From Hydrurus foetidus (taxonomy: Eukaryota), in NCBI GenBank assembly GCA_900617105.1, contig UYFQ01000168.1, positions 1 to 39,495 of the forward strand: 39,495 nucleotides of DNA. The letters are read 5' to 3'. The first letter of the stretch is position 1. Each line of letters opens with the position of its first letter. The notes under the pieces are model-generated. The model was not told where the DNA came from and ran no database searches. It worked only from the letters and a program-made list of their open reading frames with translations. Positions 21,200-31,999 of this stretch are shown piece by piece. A program made the position numbers and the translations under genes.

Positions 21200-24100
21200 A
21201 TGCCGCCGAAGAAAGCTGTCGAGGGACCGAAGGAAGCAGCGGAGTGCATTCTGCGGTTCGGAAAATACAACAACATTATCCAATGGAGAGACGCATTGGA
21301 AGTGAGTGTATGCGGGCTGTACGGGCTGAGCGGGCAATTCCTCATCACGAATGAGAGATATGTGCCGCCGATGCCCAGAGAGCTGGATTACGTGCCGGTC
21401 ATTCCACCGGTCGAAGAGGGTGAGGCACCATACCCACCCGTGACAGCTGCATCGATTCTCAAGTTGAGAGACAACGCCCTAGAAGGGAGAAGGAGAAAGA
21501 TCGACAAACAGCTCGAAAATGAGAAGAACATATACTCACTCATGTGGGCGAAAATGTCAATCGCATCCCAAAACAAGGTATCCGAACAGGCCGGATTCAG
21601 GGTCGCACATGTGAACCTGGACTCAGTGCGACTGTGGGAGTTCATAAGAAGCACACATCTCACCCACATACACGGTGAAGGGGTGCATATGGCAGATGTT
21701 AACAGGATGGAACAGATTACACGGTTCGAGGTCCTCAGACAAGGTGAGCGAGAAAATATAAATGTCTTCAAACTTAGATACGACAACCAAATTTTAGTAA
21801 ATGAAGGTGTCGGTATACTACCACTTACGAATTCGCTACGAGCCATGGAGTTCCTATACAAGCTAGACTCCAGACGCTATGAGAGCATGAGAGAGAGGAT
21901 GCGGTACGATGCCCTTAAGGGTCATGCAGATGCATACCCTGCTACTCTGAATGCAGCATATAAGTTTGCATCGGAGTATAGTGTGGGACAGCACGGTGCA
22001 TACCAGAGGAAAGAAGAGACTAGTAATGCATATGTTACAGATGTAGCATACGTTACGAAGGCCCGGGACCCGGTAAAGGGAAAGGGGAGCAATATCGTGG
22101 AAAGGGGATCTCCGACATTACCGGCTCCAATTCCAAAGAAAAGATCGTCATCATCTACGGTCAAATGCTACGTCTGTGGAAAGATGGGACACTACGCAAG
22201 AGATTGCGAGAAGCGGCAGGACACAGAGGAGACAGCTCTGATCGCAGCTGGAACCGTGAGATCCCAAACATGGAGAACAGATGAAGGAGATAGTGACGAG
22301 GACGAATGGGAGATCGCCAACGTCACAGCCACTGAGACTTGCTTCTTCTCCAAGTACGATGTACTTTTGGACAATGAAGCAAGTCTCAACGTGTTCAGGA
22401 ATCGGGATCTGATAAGGAACATCAGACGATCTGCACGTCCCATCGTGATGCATGGGGTGGCAAACGGAGCTCGCGGCGTGAACATAGAGCTGGAAGGGGA
22501 GTTCAACGAGCTGGGAACAGTGTTCGTCAGCGACGAAGCGAGCGCAAACATCCTGTCATTCGCTGCACAGGTGGATTCTGGAGCGGAAATAACCTATGAT
22601 TCGGAGTTCGATCGGTTCTTGATGAAACCGACGAAAAGCGACAATGTTTACAGCTTCTGCAGGAAGAAGATAGTGGGTAGCGAGGGGAGATTCTACTGCT
22701 GCGACATCAGATCTATGATAGGGAAGACCCCTACAACTTATCCAGAGGTTCTACTAGACGAGGGAGAGAGCGACATGGCTCTAGTCCACACTGTAGACGA
22801 AAACATGCTGCGTTTCTCGAAGAAAGAGGTGGCGAGGGCGCGACAGGCTAGAGAGATGCTCGCCAGAATGGGTTTCCCATCTGTATCTAATGCTATTCGG
22901 ATGATCGAAGCCGGTAGCGGCTTCACGGTGACAGCAGATGATTTCAGGAGAGCGGATTCCATCTGGGGAATGGACGTCTCCTCGATCAAGGGGAAGACCA
23001 AAAAGCGAACGACTTCGAGTCCTGACTACACACTGGTTGACAAAAGTTCCCAGAGGATGCAAGTACTCTCAATCGACATCATGTACCTGGAAAGGATACC
23101 TATTCTTATCGGGGTGGCCCACCCATTGGACTTAACACTCATCACCGATTTACTGACTGTATCGAAGGACCGATCATCACGAGGCGCCGCGACGGTGTTA
23201 AAAGGCATCAAATACTTCCGTGCAGTACTTGCCTCGCGAGGCTTCACATCGCCAGTGATCATGAGCGATGGGGAAGGATCGGTTGGTGGACTAATCGATG
23301 AGCTCAGGCTCCTGGGAGTTGAGATAGACATATCTGGAGCTGGAGGGCACGTATCTCGAATTGAACGACGGATCCAAGTGGTAAAAGAACGAGTACGAGC
23401 TCACATGTGCCATCATCTGCCATTTACTCTAACTAACATGGGCATTACTATGTGCGCCATGTATTGCGTTTCTCGTCTAAATTATCAACCTTCAGGAGCG
23501 AGGGTTGGCGGCGAGAGTCCACGGACCCTCTTCCTCGGACGTACGGCCGACGGCAAACGGGACTTCCGGTGTGCGTTCGGCGATTACGTACAGTGTACCG
23601 TACCGAACACATCGAATACTATGGAATCAAGAACAGAGGACGGCATAGTATTTCTGCCAACGGACAATCGCTCAGGATCAGTAAAGATACTCAATCTCGC
23701 TACGATGCGGGTGGTATCAAGAGACAATTTCAGAGTCATGCCAATGCCACTGTCCGTCATTGCGACGTTGAATAACATGGCACTACGAGAAGGGAAGTCG
23801 ATTATTAAACAGTCCAAAAGACATCCAATGATATCCACCTCTCCTGACTCTACTCCACTGCCGTCTCACCTCAACACTACGTCTAATACACCGTCAGACA
23901 CTGACCCCGCCATCGAACTGAGAGAAGATGACGAAGAAACCGACAGTCCGATATCAGACGAAGCACCTCCAATAGATACACCCAGACAAGACATCGACTG
24001 GGACACTCCTTACGAAAGAAATGGTGATGTAATATTGGATAGCGCCATCGAAACGGACGGTGTGAACGTACGTAGTGATCAGGATGACACGTACGGCATT

Positions 24101-25915
24101 GTAGACAGCGAGGTACAGGCTGAGATAGAACCAGAACCAACCGACAGATTGGGATACACGGGAGAGCCAGACCTTGAAGAACTAACTACAAGTGAGAACC
24201 CTGACAACAAGAAGAAGAGACGGGACCTATTAAACTACTTCCACACTGGGGACGAGAACGTACTCAACAAAGATCAGTACAACGAGGAGTATCGCGCACT
24301 GCAAATTTCAGTCAAAGAAGCACTGCGCACTAGGGGTGTAGTCGGCGAACAAGTCATACTGAAGGAGTTACAGCAGATGCTCACCAAGGAAGTGTGGACA
24401 CCAGTGGACGGTAGAAAGCTAACCGCAGAGGAGAGAAGCAGAGTTATCCGGTCGAGCATGTTCATAAAAGAAAAATTTCTACCCTCAGGGGAGTTTGAGA
24501 AACTGAAAGCACGACTGGTGGCGGGAGGGGATCAACAGGACAAGCAGTTATATGACGATCTCTCAGCACCCACAGTATCGACATGCTCTGTCCTAACCGT
24601 ACTGTCAATAGCAGCACATGAAGGGAGATTCACCGCTGTAGTGGACATCGGGGGTGCATTCTTGAATGCGGATATGGACACCGGGATCACCGTGCACATG
24701 TCTCTGGACGCTACACTGTCTAGTCTACTTGTACGGTTGGATGCAACGTACAGTAAGTACATGGACCCCAGGGGGAAGATAATTGTCAAGCTGAATAAAG
24801 CACTATACGGGTGTGTAGAGTCAGCGGCGCTGTGGTACGAGAACCTAAGGGCAACCATGAAGAGCCTCGGATACGAGAGGAATCCGCACGACGTGTGCGT
24901 GTTCAATGCGAGGGACAAGCACGGGGTACAATGCACCGCTACTATTCATGTCGACGATCTCTTCATATGCAGTGCGAACCCGCAAATGGTCGACCAGTTA
25001 TGTGATGGGCTCAAAACAAGGTATGGAGAGATCATTAAGAACAGTGGACCTGTCTTGAATTATCTTGGCATGGTGTTTGACGTAACCCGCCCAGGCGAAG
25101 CTAAAGTTACAATGAAAGGTTACGTCGAAGCCATGCTGGTGTGCAGTGAGTCCCCAGGGGGTGCGAGGACACCAGGGACCGAGAACCTATTCTCGGTGCG
25201 ACCCGAGACAGTGAAAGCGACCGATGCAGAACAGGGACACTTCCACACGATGGTAGCCAAGCTACTGTACCTTGCGAAGCGCGCAAGACCAGACTGCCTC
25301 ACTGCAGTCGCATTCCTCGCGACTAGGATATCACGGTGCGATAGGGATGACTTGGACAAGCTGGCGCGCCTGATCAAGTACATCAGAGCGACACGAGGAC
25401 ATGGGATAAGATTGAAAATCGGAGAAGAAGGGATCGTGGTGAAGGTGCTAGTGGATGCGGCATACGGGGTGCACGCTGACGGGAAGTCCCACACTGGAAG
25501 CTGCATTGTGATCGGGGAAATGGGCGCGGTGCACTGCAAATCGTGCAAGCAGCAGATCGTGACAAAGTCAAGTACGGAAGCGGAGCTGGTGGCACTGTCC
25601 GACTCAACAAATCAGGGGATCCATGTGAGGAACTTCCTCATAGCGCAGGGGTACAAGATGGACCCTCTCATACTATACCAAGACAACCTTTCATGCATGG
25701 CACTGGTACAGCGTGGGAGGTCAGCAGCGGAGAGGACCAGGCACATTAACATACGATATTTCTGGGTGAAGGAGCGGGTGGATAAGGGAGAGGTTGTCAT
25801 CGTGCACATGGGGACAGCAGCGATGTTCGCGAACCTGCTCACAAAGCCACTGCAAGGAGCGCAGTTCCTGGAAGAGAGACTGGCGCTAACGGGGTGGAGA
25901 GCAGACACGGAGTGA
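21200..25915 (+). CDS. Copia gag-pol polyprotein (Gag, protease, integrase, RT, RNase H)
   Basis: CCHC knuckle CYVCGKMGHYARDC; protease VLLDNEAS; integrase SIDIM, SDGEG, IERRIQ; RT KARLVAGG, VVDIGGAFLNA, LNKALYG, IHVDDL; RNase H VDAAYG, KSSTEAELVA, YQDN, RTRHINIRYFW. The IN-before-RT order is Copia-type. Confidence 0.97.
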   Translation: MPPKKAVEGPKEAAECILRFGKYNNIIQWRDALEVSVCGLYGLSGQFLITNERYVPPMPRELDYVPVIPPVEEGEAPYPPVTAASILKLRDNALEGRRRKIDKQLENEKNIYSLMWAKMSIASQNKVSEQAGFRVAHVNLDSVRLWEFIRSTHLTHIHGEGVHMADVNRMEQITRFEVLRQGERENINVFKLRYDNQILVNEGVGILPLTNSLRAMEFLYKLDSRRYESMRERMRYDALKGHADAYPATLNAAYKFASEYSVGQHGAYQRKEETSNAYVTDVAYVTKARDPVKGKGSNIVERGSPTLPAPIPKKRSSSSTVKCYVCGKMGHYARDCEKRQDTEETALIAAGTVRSQTWRTDEGDSDEDEWEIANVTATETCFFSKYDVLLDNEASLNVFRNRDLIRNIRRSARPIVMHGVANGARGVNIELEGEFNELGTVFVSDEASANILSFAAQVDSGAEITYDSEFDRFLMKPTKSDNVYSFCRKKIVGSEGRFYCCDIRSMIGKTPTTYPEVLLDEGESDMALVHTVDENMLRFSKKEVARARQAREMLARMGFPSVSNAIRMIEAGSGFTVTADDFRRADSIWGMDVSSIKGKTKKRTTSSPDYTLVDKSSQRMQVLSIDIMYLERIPILIGVAHPLDLTLITDLLTVSKDRSSRGAATVLKGIKYFRAVLASRGFTSPVIMSDGEGSVGGLIDELRLLGVEIDISGAGGHVSRIERRIQVVKERVRAHMCHHLPFTLTNMGITMCAMYCVSRLNYQPSGARVGGESPRTLFLGRTADGKRDFRCAFGDYVQCTVPNTSNTMESRTEDGIVFLPTDNRSGSVKILNLATMRVVSRDNFRVMPMPLSVIATLNNMALREGKSIIKQSKRHPMISTSPDSTPLPSHLNTTSNTPSDTDPAIELREDDEETDSPISDEAPPIDTPRQDIDWDTPYERNGDVILDSAIETDGVNVRSDQDDTYGIVDSEVQAEIEPEPTDRLGYTGEPDLEELTTSENPDNKKKRRDLLNYFHTGDENVLNKDQYNEEYRALQISVKEALRTRGVVGEQVILKELQQMLTKEVWTPVDGRKLTAEERSRVIRSSMFIKEKFLPSGEFEKLKARLVAGGDQQDKQLYDDLSAPTVSTCSVLTVLSIAAHEGRFTAVVDIGGAFLNADMDTGITVHMSLDATLSSLLVRLDATYSKYMDPRGKIIVKLNKALYGCVESAALWYENLRATMKSLGYERNPHDVCVFNARDKHGVQCTATIHVDDLFICSANPQMVDQLCDGLKTRYGEIIKNSGPVLNYLGMVFDVTRPGEAKVTMKGYVEAMLVCSESPGGARTPGTENLFSVRPETVKATDAEQGHFHTMVAKLLYLAKRARPDCLTAVAFLATRISRCDRDDLDKLARLIKYIRATRGHGIRLKIGEEGIVVKVLVDAAYGVHADGKSHTGSCIVIGEMGAVHCKSCKQQIVTKSSTEAELVALSDSTNQGIHVRNFLIAQGYKMDPLILYQDNLSCMALVQRGRSAAERTRHINIRYFWVKERVDKGEVVIVHMGTAAMFANLLTKPLQGAQFLEERLALTGWRADTE

Positions 25916-26224
25916 GTCCGAGTGAGATTAGGGTTGGGCAATGTCATCCGATTTACAGCACATCAGCACAAGACCCAAGACAGAGACAGAGACAGCAACG
26001 AATGCAAAAGAGAACAACAGTAGGAGTAGCGTATACTATATGTGCCATGCGGGGAGTGGGTCAAGACTCGGTCAAGGGTCTGGCCCACGGTCGAGTGCGA
26101 GGTCCGGACAGTCGTCCAGTCCAAGGTCGAGGCCAAGATCTGGTCCAGGGTCCAGTCAAGGAACCGGGCGAAGATATACTGCATGTGTGATGATTGAACT
26201 GTATTGCGTGCGACATAAGGGGTG

Positions 26225-26669
26225 TGTTGGAATATCTGGTATTTCCATGTTATGTCGCACTTGCGTAGCTTAGTATGTACGGTCCATGGTCTGAGTCAGG
26301 ACTCAGTCTAGAGTCCGACTCAGGGTCCGGTCCAAGGTCCAGACAGGGGTCCAGTCCAAGGTCCGGTCCGAAGCCCGGTCCAGGATCCGGTCTAGGTTCC
26401 AGTCAGGGAACCAGACCTGATTCGTGCAGAGTTTTGCCTCTGTCCAACCGTCAGGGTCTCCTGGCGGTTGATTCCTTTTGAGACGCTTTCAGTTTGTGAA
26501 CTGTTCATGATGATTTGTAGCGCTGCAAGATTGATGTTAGCGCACAAATCTAATTAACAAGTGATTATTGCAACAGATAGTATTTCACGAGTCTTGAGAG
26601 GAATCAGTCAACTGCCAGAGACCTTTCTCCTGTAGTTGTGCGTACCCGGTTCTACGTGAAATCTCAACA
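26225..26669 (+). repeat. Copia 3' LTR
   Basis: TGTTGG...CAACA, 445 bp, followed by the TSD ACAGG. Confidence 0.97.
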
Positions 26670-27044
26670 ACAGGCAGGGTACGTAATCTGGGTACTACAG
26701 GCCAAAGGTTGCAGACGCTTTCAGTGTAGACGAAGTCAGGAAGATTCTAATATCTAATTGGAATATTGGCCGTTGGCCGTATTGGCATCATAAAAATATA
26801 AAATATAATGCGCAACTAAATTCTGGAAAAAAAAACTTTTTGATTGAGTACCCATTTTTTTTCTGGAATCACATCCACCTCTTGACAGCACCAAGATGAA
26901 TACCCCCTTGACAACACGCACGCGCGACAGTAACAACTTCAAACTCAACTTCAACTCCCAAATACGAAGTTGAAGGATGTGAATGTATTTGATTCTCACT
27001 TATATTGAAATGAGAAGAAATTAAAATTGATAAAAAGCAGTTTT

Positions 27045-27945
27045 TCAATTAACCATCGATATCAGTGAAGGAGAATAAGATAAGATAAGAAATAAAAAGT
27101 TAATACATGAAAACATTTCGCAACGTCAAAAATGAGAAGAAGAATTAAGTGATGCAAAAAAAGCCATAAAAAAGAATTGGTCGCTTTTTTTGATTTCGTT
27201 GCACTTTTACTATCATTCGAAAGGAGAATTCGGTTTAGAACTGATTAATTGTTCAATAGACAAGTTTAAGCGGATTTTTTTCATTTCATGATCTGCAACT
27301 ATGGTGTCTGGTCAACTAATTAGTATACGATCGTCTTTTTGATTTTACTTTTCAATTTAGGTCTCATAAGAGTGTGGACAACAACATTAAAAATTTCAAG
27401 AGTTTTCAGTTTGTTTAAAATTTGATTTTGGAATTTTTTAGAATAGAATTTGTAATGCGGTGCGAAATAAAATATTTCAATAAGATTCCCTTCTATTTTA
27501 TTCTCAAGTTTCAGCTCTGATTTCCTTCGGCAAGAAGGGTGCACACTCTACAGAATATCATCATATACACCGTACAACTGGATGTTTGAAGTCCATGTTG
27601 CACTGTGAATTGTAATAACTATTTTATTTTTTAGTTTCTAGGGCGCACGATTGAGTTACTCACAGAGGTATCATACGTATGTGCAAGGTTTTAATGCGAA
27701 TTTTGAAGGGACAGTACACGTCCAATAAATGGTTGTACTTACATAACAGGGGATCGAAGGCGACTGAGGCCGAGTAGAGAATATAATTAGATGACGCTTG
27801 AAGAGGTTCTCTCGAATGAAGTCGGTGAGATTAGGTCTCAAATTGCCTTTTCTACGAGTATCAGAATACATAATGCGACTAGACTCGAGGATTTATAGTG
27901 AGCTCTAATTGAATAACATCATCGATCTTATAGGAGCTGTAGCTG
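27045..27945. repeat. Dispersed AT-rich repeat, copy 2 (paralog of 780-1710)
   Basis: See copy 1; diverged, with indels. Confidence 0.85.
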
Positions 27946-28339
27946 TAGATATAGATTCATATATGGATGTACGTATAGATGTGTATGAAATGCGTATGTA
28001 TATGTAGATGCAATGCATGTATGATGTGTACGTAATGTGTGTGTATATGTAATAATACATATGCAATGCGTATGTAGATTGTAGATGTAATAGATACGTA
28101 GATGTTTATAAAAAAACATCTATGCACATGAATTGAATGAACGTCATCAAAAAAAGTACGGTTCACATCACGTAAAGTGTATGATAGACAGTAAAGTCCA
28201 TATATTCGATTGTTGTACGGTAACAAACAAACGATAACGCTTCTTTTGATTGAGTATAACGTTATCTCATGTGAATGCGTATACGGATTACTCTTCAACA
28301 GTATACATGAGTTCATTGTATACTCTACATCAATACATT

Positions 28340-29685
28340 TCAGTTGATTGACTTTACACAATAACATGCACGAGGCAGACTTGCTATGCCGACATCTGTA
28401 ATGTTCCAGTTACCACTCATATCAATGCTTGTCAGTCCCTTGCATTTCTCTCCTATCGCAACTAGTGATACGTCTGTCAGCTTGGGCCAATATGCAATTC
28501 GAATTATCTGTAGATGGATGCATCCCTGAGCGAGACTTGCTATTCCGGCATTTGTCAGATTCTCGTGATAACTTCTATCAATGCTTGTCAGTCCTTTGCA
28601 TATCTCTCCTATCACAGCTAGTGATGCATCTGTTTGCTTATAGCAATCTGCAATAATGATCGTCTGTAGGTCGCTGCATCCTTGGGTAAGACTTGCTACG
28701 CCGACATCTGACACGTTCCAATTACCGCTCACATCAATGCATGTCAGTCCCTTGCATGCCTCCGCTATCGCAGCTAGTGATACATCTGTCAGCGTCTTAC
28801 ATCCATCAATATTGATTGTATTCAGCTGGCTACATCCTTCGGTCAGGCTTGCTATACCGACGTCTGTAATGTTCCAGTTACCTCTTATATCAATGCATGT
28901 CAGTCCCTTGCATGTCTCTCCTATCACAGCTAGAAATGCGTCTGTCAGTGTAGATGGCTGCATCCCTGGGTAAGGCTTGCTATGCAGACATCTGACACGT
29001 TCCAGTTATCACTCACATCAATGCATGTCAGTCCCTTGCATGTCTCTCCTATCGCAACTAGTGATGCATCCGTAAGATGATTGCAGTACGTTAAGTTTAC
29101 TGACTGTAAGTACACGCATCCCTGCGCAAGTGCCCTCACACCCTCGTCCTCAATTCCGAGGCATCCTTTTATATTTATCGATGTCACTGCTTTGCAATGC
29201 TGACCTATTGCCGTAAGCGATTGACATGTCAGGTGCTGACAATCCAATAACTCGATATTCAGCAAATTGATGCATCCTGCGGCTATCACTCTAACACTGC
29301 CGTCACTCATATCAGAACCACCATAAAGAACAACAATGCTTGTAAGCTCAGGAAGTCAAATGCCCTCGAACGTCGCATCTATTCGATCTGTGGGACATCC
29401 AGCTAACTGCATTGATCATGTACGAGCTCCTCGATCTATCAGCCATCTTATCCATAAAGGCGTGTACAACAGTCTTCGCGGTGGTCTGATATCAGGATGA
29501 CTGCGTACTACTCGCAACCATGTTGCCGACATGTATCTATTACTCTGAGCAGCTGTGTCGAACTCCATGAGATCCGCAGCGTCAAGCCACTCCAATGAGA
29601 GAAGCAAAAAGTGATCATTGCATATTAGAGAGCAGCCAGAAGAAACCGAGGTCATGGTGTCTGTTGCGGAAGCTTGATTAGCCAT
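28340..29685 (-). pseudogene. Cys-containing LRR (FBXL/AMN1-like) gene, copy 1, disrupted
   Basis: 26-aa repeats TDASLxAIGExCKGLTxIDx. In-frame TGA at 29416 and ~29356, and a frameshift at ~28955. Confidence 0.85.
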
Positions 29686-30080
29686 CTGGAACCCACTTGC
29701 TGATAAACCCGATGAGTCATAGCCCGACTGGCGGACCGTGTCAGTGATGTCCTAGAGCCAGTAAAGTGTAAGAAGTAATTAGATAAGGCGGATGAGTCGT
29801 TAGATCTGTTCAGACTCCCATTCAACAGACAAATATGCATCCATGCGTACATGGATCATGTCCTTCTTCTCGTAGATAGCCCCCTGCACTTCCATGTCAA
29901 CTTCATCTCCTAGATTCATTCTTTGGTTCAGCTCTGCCCGCTTCTGCTTGTGTTCTCTCTTCCCTGCTGCGCCAAGCTCCTATAGCACAGCAGGTCATCG
30001 TAGAAACGTGAAATACAGGGCGAAGCGGAGATTGATTGGGACACAAGATGATGCAAAGCAAAGCAACGCAACGCAGCTCA

Positions 30081-30636
30081 ACACGACACGACACGACACG
30101 ACACAACACAACACAACACAACACAACACAACACAACACAACACAACACAACACAACACAACACAACACAACACAACACAACACAACACAACACAACACA
30201 ACACAACACAACACAACACAACACAACACAACACAACACAACACAACACAACACAACACAACACAACACAACAAACACAACACAACACAACACAACACAA
30301 CACAACACAACACAACACAACACAACACAACACAACACAACACAACACAACACAACACAACACAACACAACACAACACAACACAACACAACACAACACAA
30401 CACAACACAACACAACACAACACAACACAACACAACACAACACAACACAACACAACACAACACAACACAACACAACACAACACAACACAACACAACACAA
30501 CACAACACACAACACAACACAACACAACACAACACAACACAACACAACACAACACAACACAACACAACACAACACAACACAACACAACACAACACAACAC
30601 AACACAACACAACACAACACAACACAACACGACACA
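30081..30636. repeat. (CACAA)n pentanucleotide microsatellite
   Basis: About 110 units; absent from the duplicate at ~33790. Confidence 0.98.
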
Positions 30637-31999
30637 AAATAACACAACTCATATCATCATTATACAGGCCAGCTGCAATCACACGCATCTACGGGTGCGA
30701 CGTATCATCGCACCTTCTCAACAGTCTCAGCAATCGTGGCACCTTGGACGGCGTCTTGCATCTCCTCCTGGTCGATGTGAACAAGTGAACACCTTGTAGA
30801 ATCCGAGATGATGGGAGGTACAACGATTCGCTTCTGAAGAGCGTTCAAGTTCCTACGAACGAAGGCTGAGTTCAAGAGTTCGGTGGGCCAGCCATCGAAT
30901 GAGACGAGACCAGTCAGTGAGAACGAGTTGCCGAATCCTGATATCTTGATATATACTTTGTGCGAAGTGAGAGAGAGTCTTCGGGGAGTGTGAGGACAGC
31001 GGACAGCGGGGAAAGGGTATACGAAGTTGCTTGGATCTTGGACCGTACTTTGCTATCGGTGATCTATTGCACGTTTGTCCCAATAACTGTAGGTGAGCGC
31101 ACCTTTTTTTGTTGCGTGTAGTCGCATCACGCAGAAACTCTCTTAATGAAGATAAATCGTTTGCTAAAGTAGCGTCTGATATTTAAGTTGCAGTTAATAC
31201 CGCCGCTACTTGACGCGAAGGTCCTTAAAAACAATCACAAACTTAAGTAATCTTCACATCAGAATATTTCTAGATCCTAAATGAAAGTTGAATCCTGGAT
31301 CTGGACTCACAGAAGATCACATGTAGAAATGCGTGCGTTTCAAAATACGATATACTGTTAACTTCTTGTGCTTCACACGGATTTGATCCTTGCACCTCGA
31401 TGTCATAGATAAAAATGAGGGGCATCTAACACGTACACGCCGATATAACGTCAAACTTCAATAATAAAAGTTTGAAAAAATAAAAATAATAATGTTAAGC
31501 CAGACTTAATACGTAATATTTCAGAATACATAATGCGACTAGACTCGAGGATTTATTGTGAGCTCTAATTGAATAACATCATCGATCTTATAGGAGCTGT
31601 AGCTGTAGATATAGATTCATATATGGATGTACGTATAGATGTGTATGAAATGCGTATGTATATGTAGATGCAATGCATGTATAATGTGTACGTAATGTGT
31701 GTGTATATGTAATAATACATATGCAATGCGTATGTAGATTGTAGATGTAATAGATACGTAGATGTTTATAAAAAAACATCTATGCACATGAATTGAATGA
31801 ACGTCATCAAAAAAAGTACGGTTCACATCACGTAAAGTGTATGATAGACAGTAAAGTCCATATATTCGATTGTTGTACGGTAACAAACAAACGATAACGC
31901 TTCTTTTGATTGAGTATAACGTTATCTCATGTGAATGCGTATATGGATTACTCTTCAACAGTATACATGAGTTCATTGTATACTCTACATCAATACATT

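Larger units (their letters stand above)
13842..26669 (+). mobile_element. Full-length Ty1/Copia LTR retrotransposon with a P-like transposon nested in its 5' LTR
   Basis: 5' LTR = 13842-13849 + 20729-21165 (445 bp); 3' LTR = 26225-26669 (445 bp). TGTTG...CAACA termini. 5-bp TSD ACAGG at 13837-13841 and 26670-26674. PPT-like aaggggtg at 26217-26224. Confidence 0.97.

Noticed and set aside
21388..25947. Many short antisense and alternative-frame ORFs within gag-pol
   Set aside because: Shadow ORFs of a long coding sequence with no motifs.
27928..28367. His/Tyr/Ile-rich ORFs (also 31588-32027)
   Set aside because: Translation of low-complexity ATGT-rich non-coding sequence in the duplicated flank.
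29894..30799. (HNTTQ)n and (CCVVL)n ORFs; possible telomeric repeat
   Set aside because: Translation of an internal CACAA microsatellite that is absent from the duplicate copy; not a recognised telomere motif.
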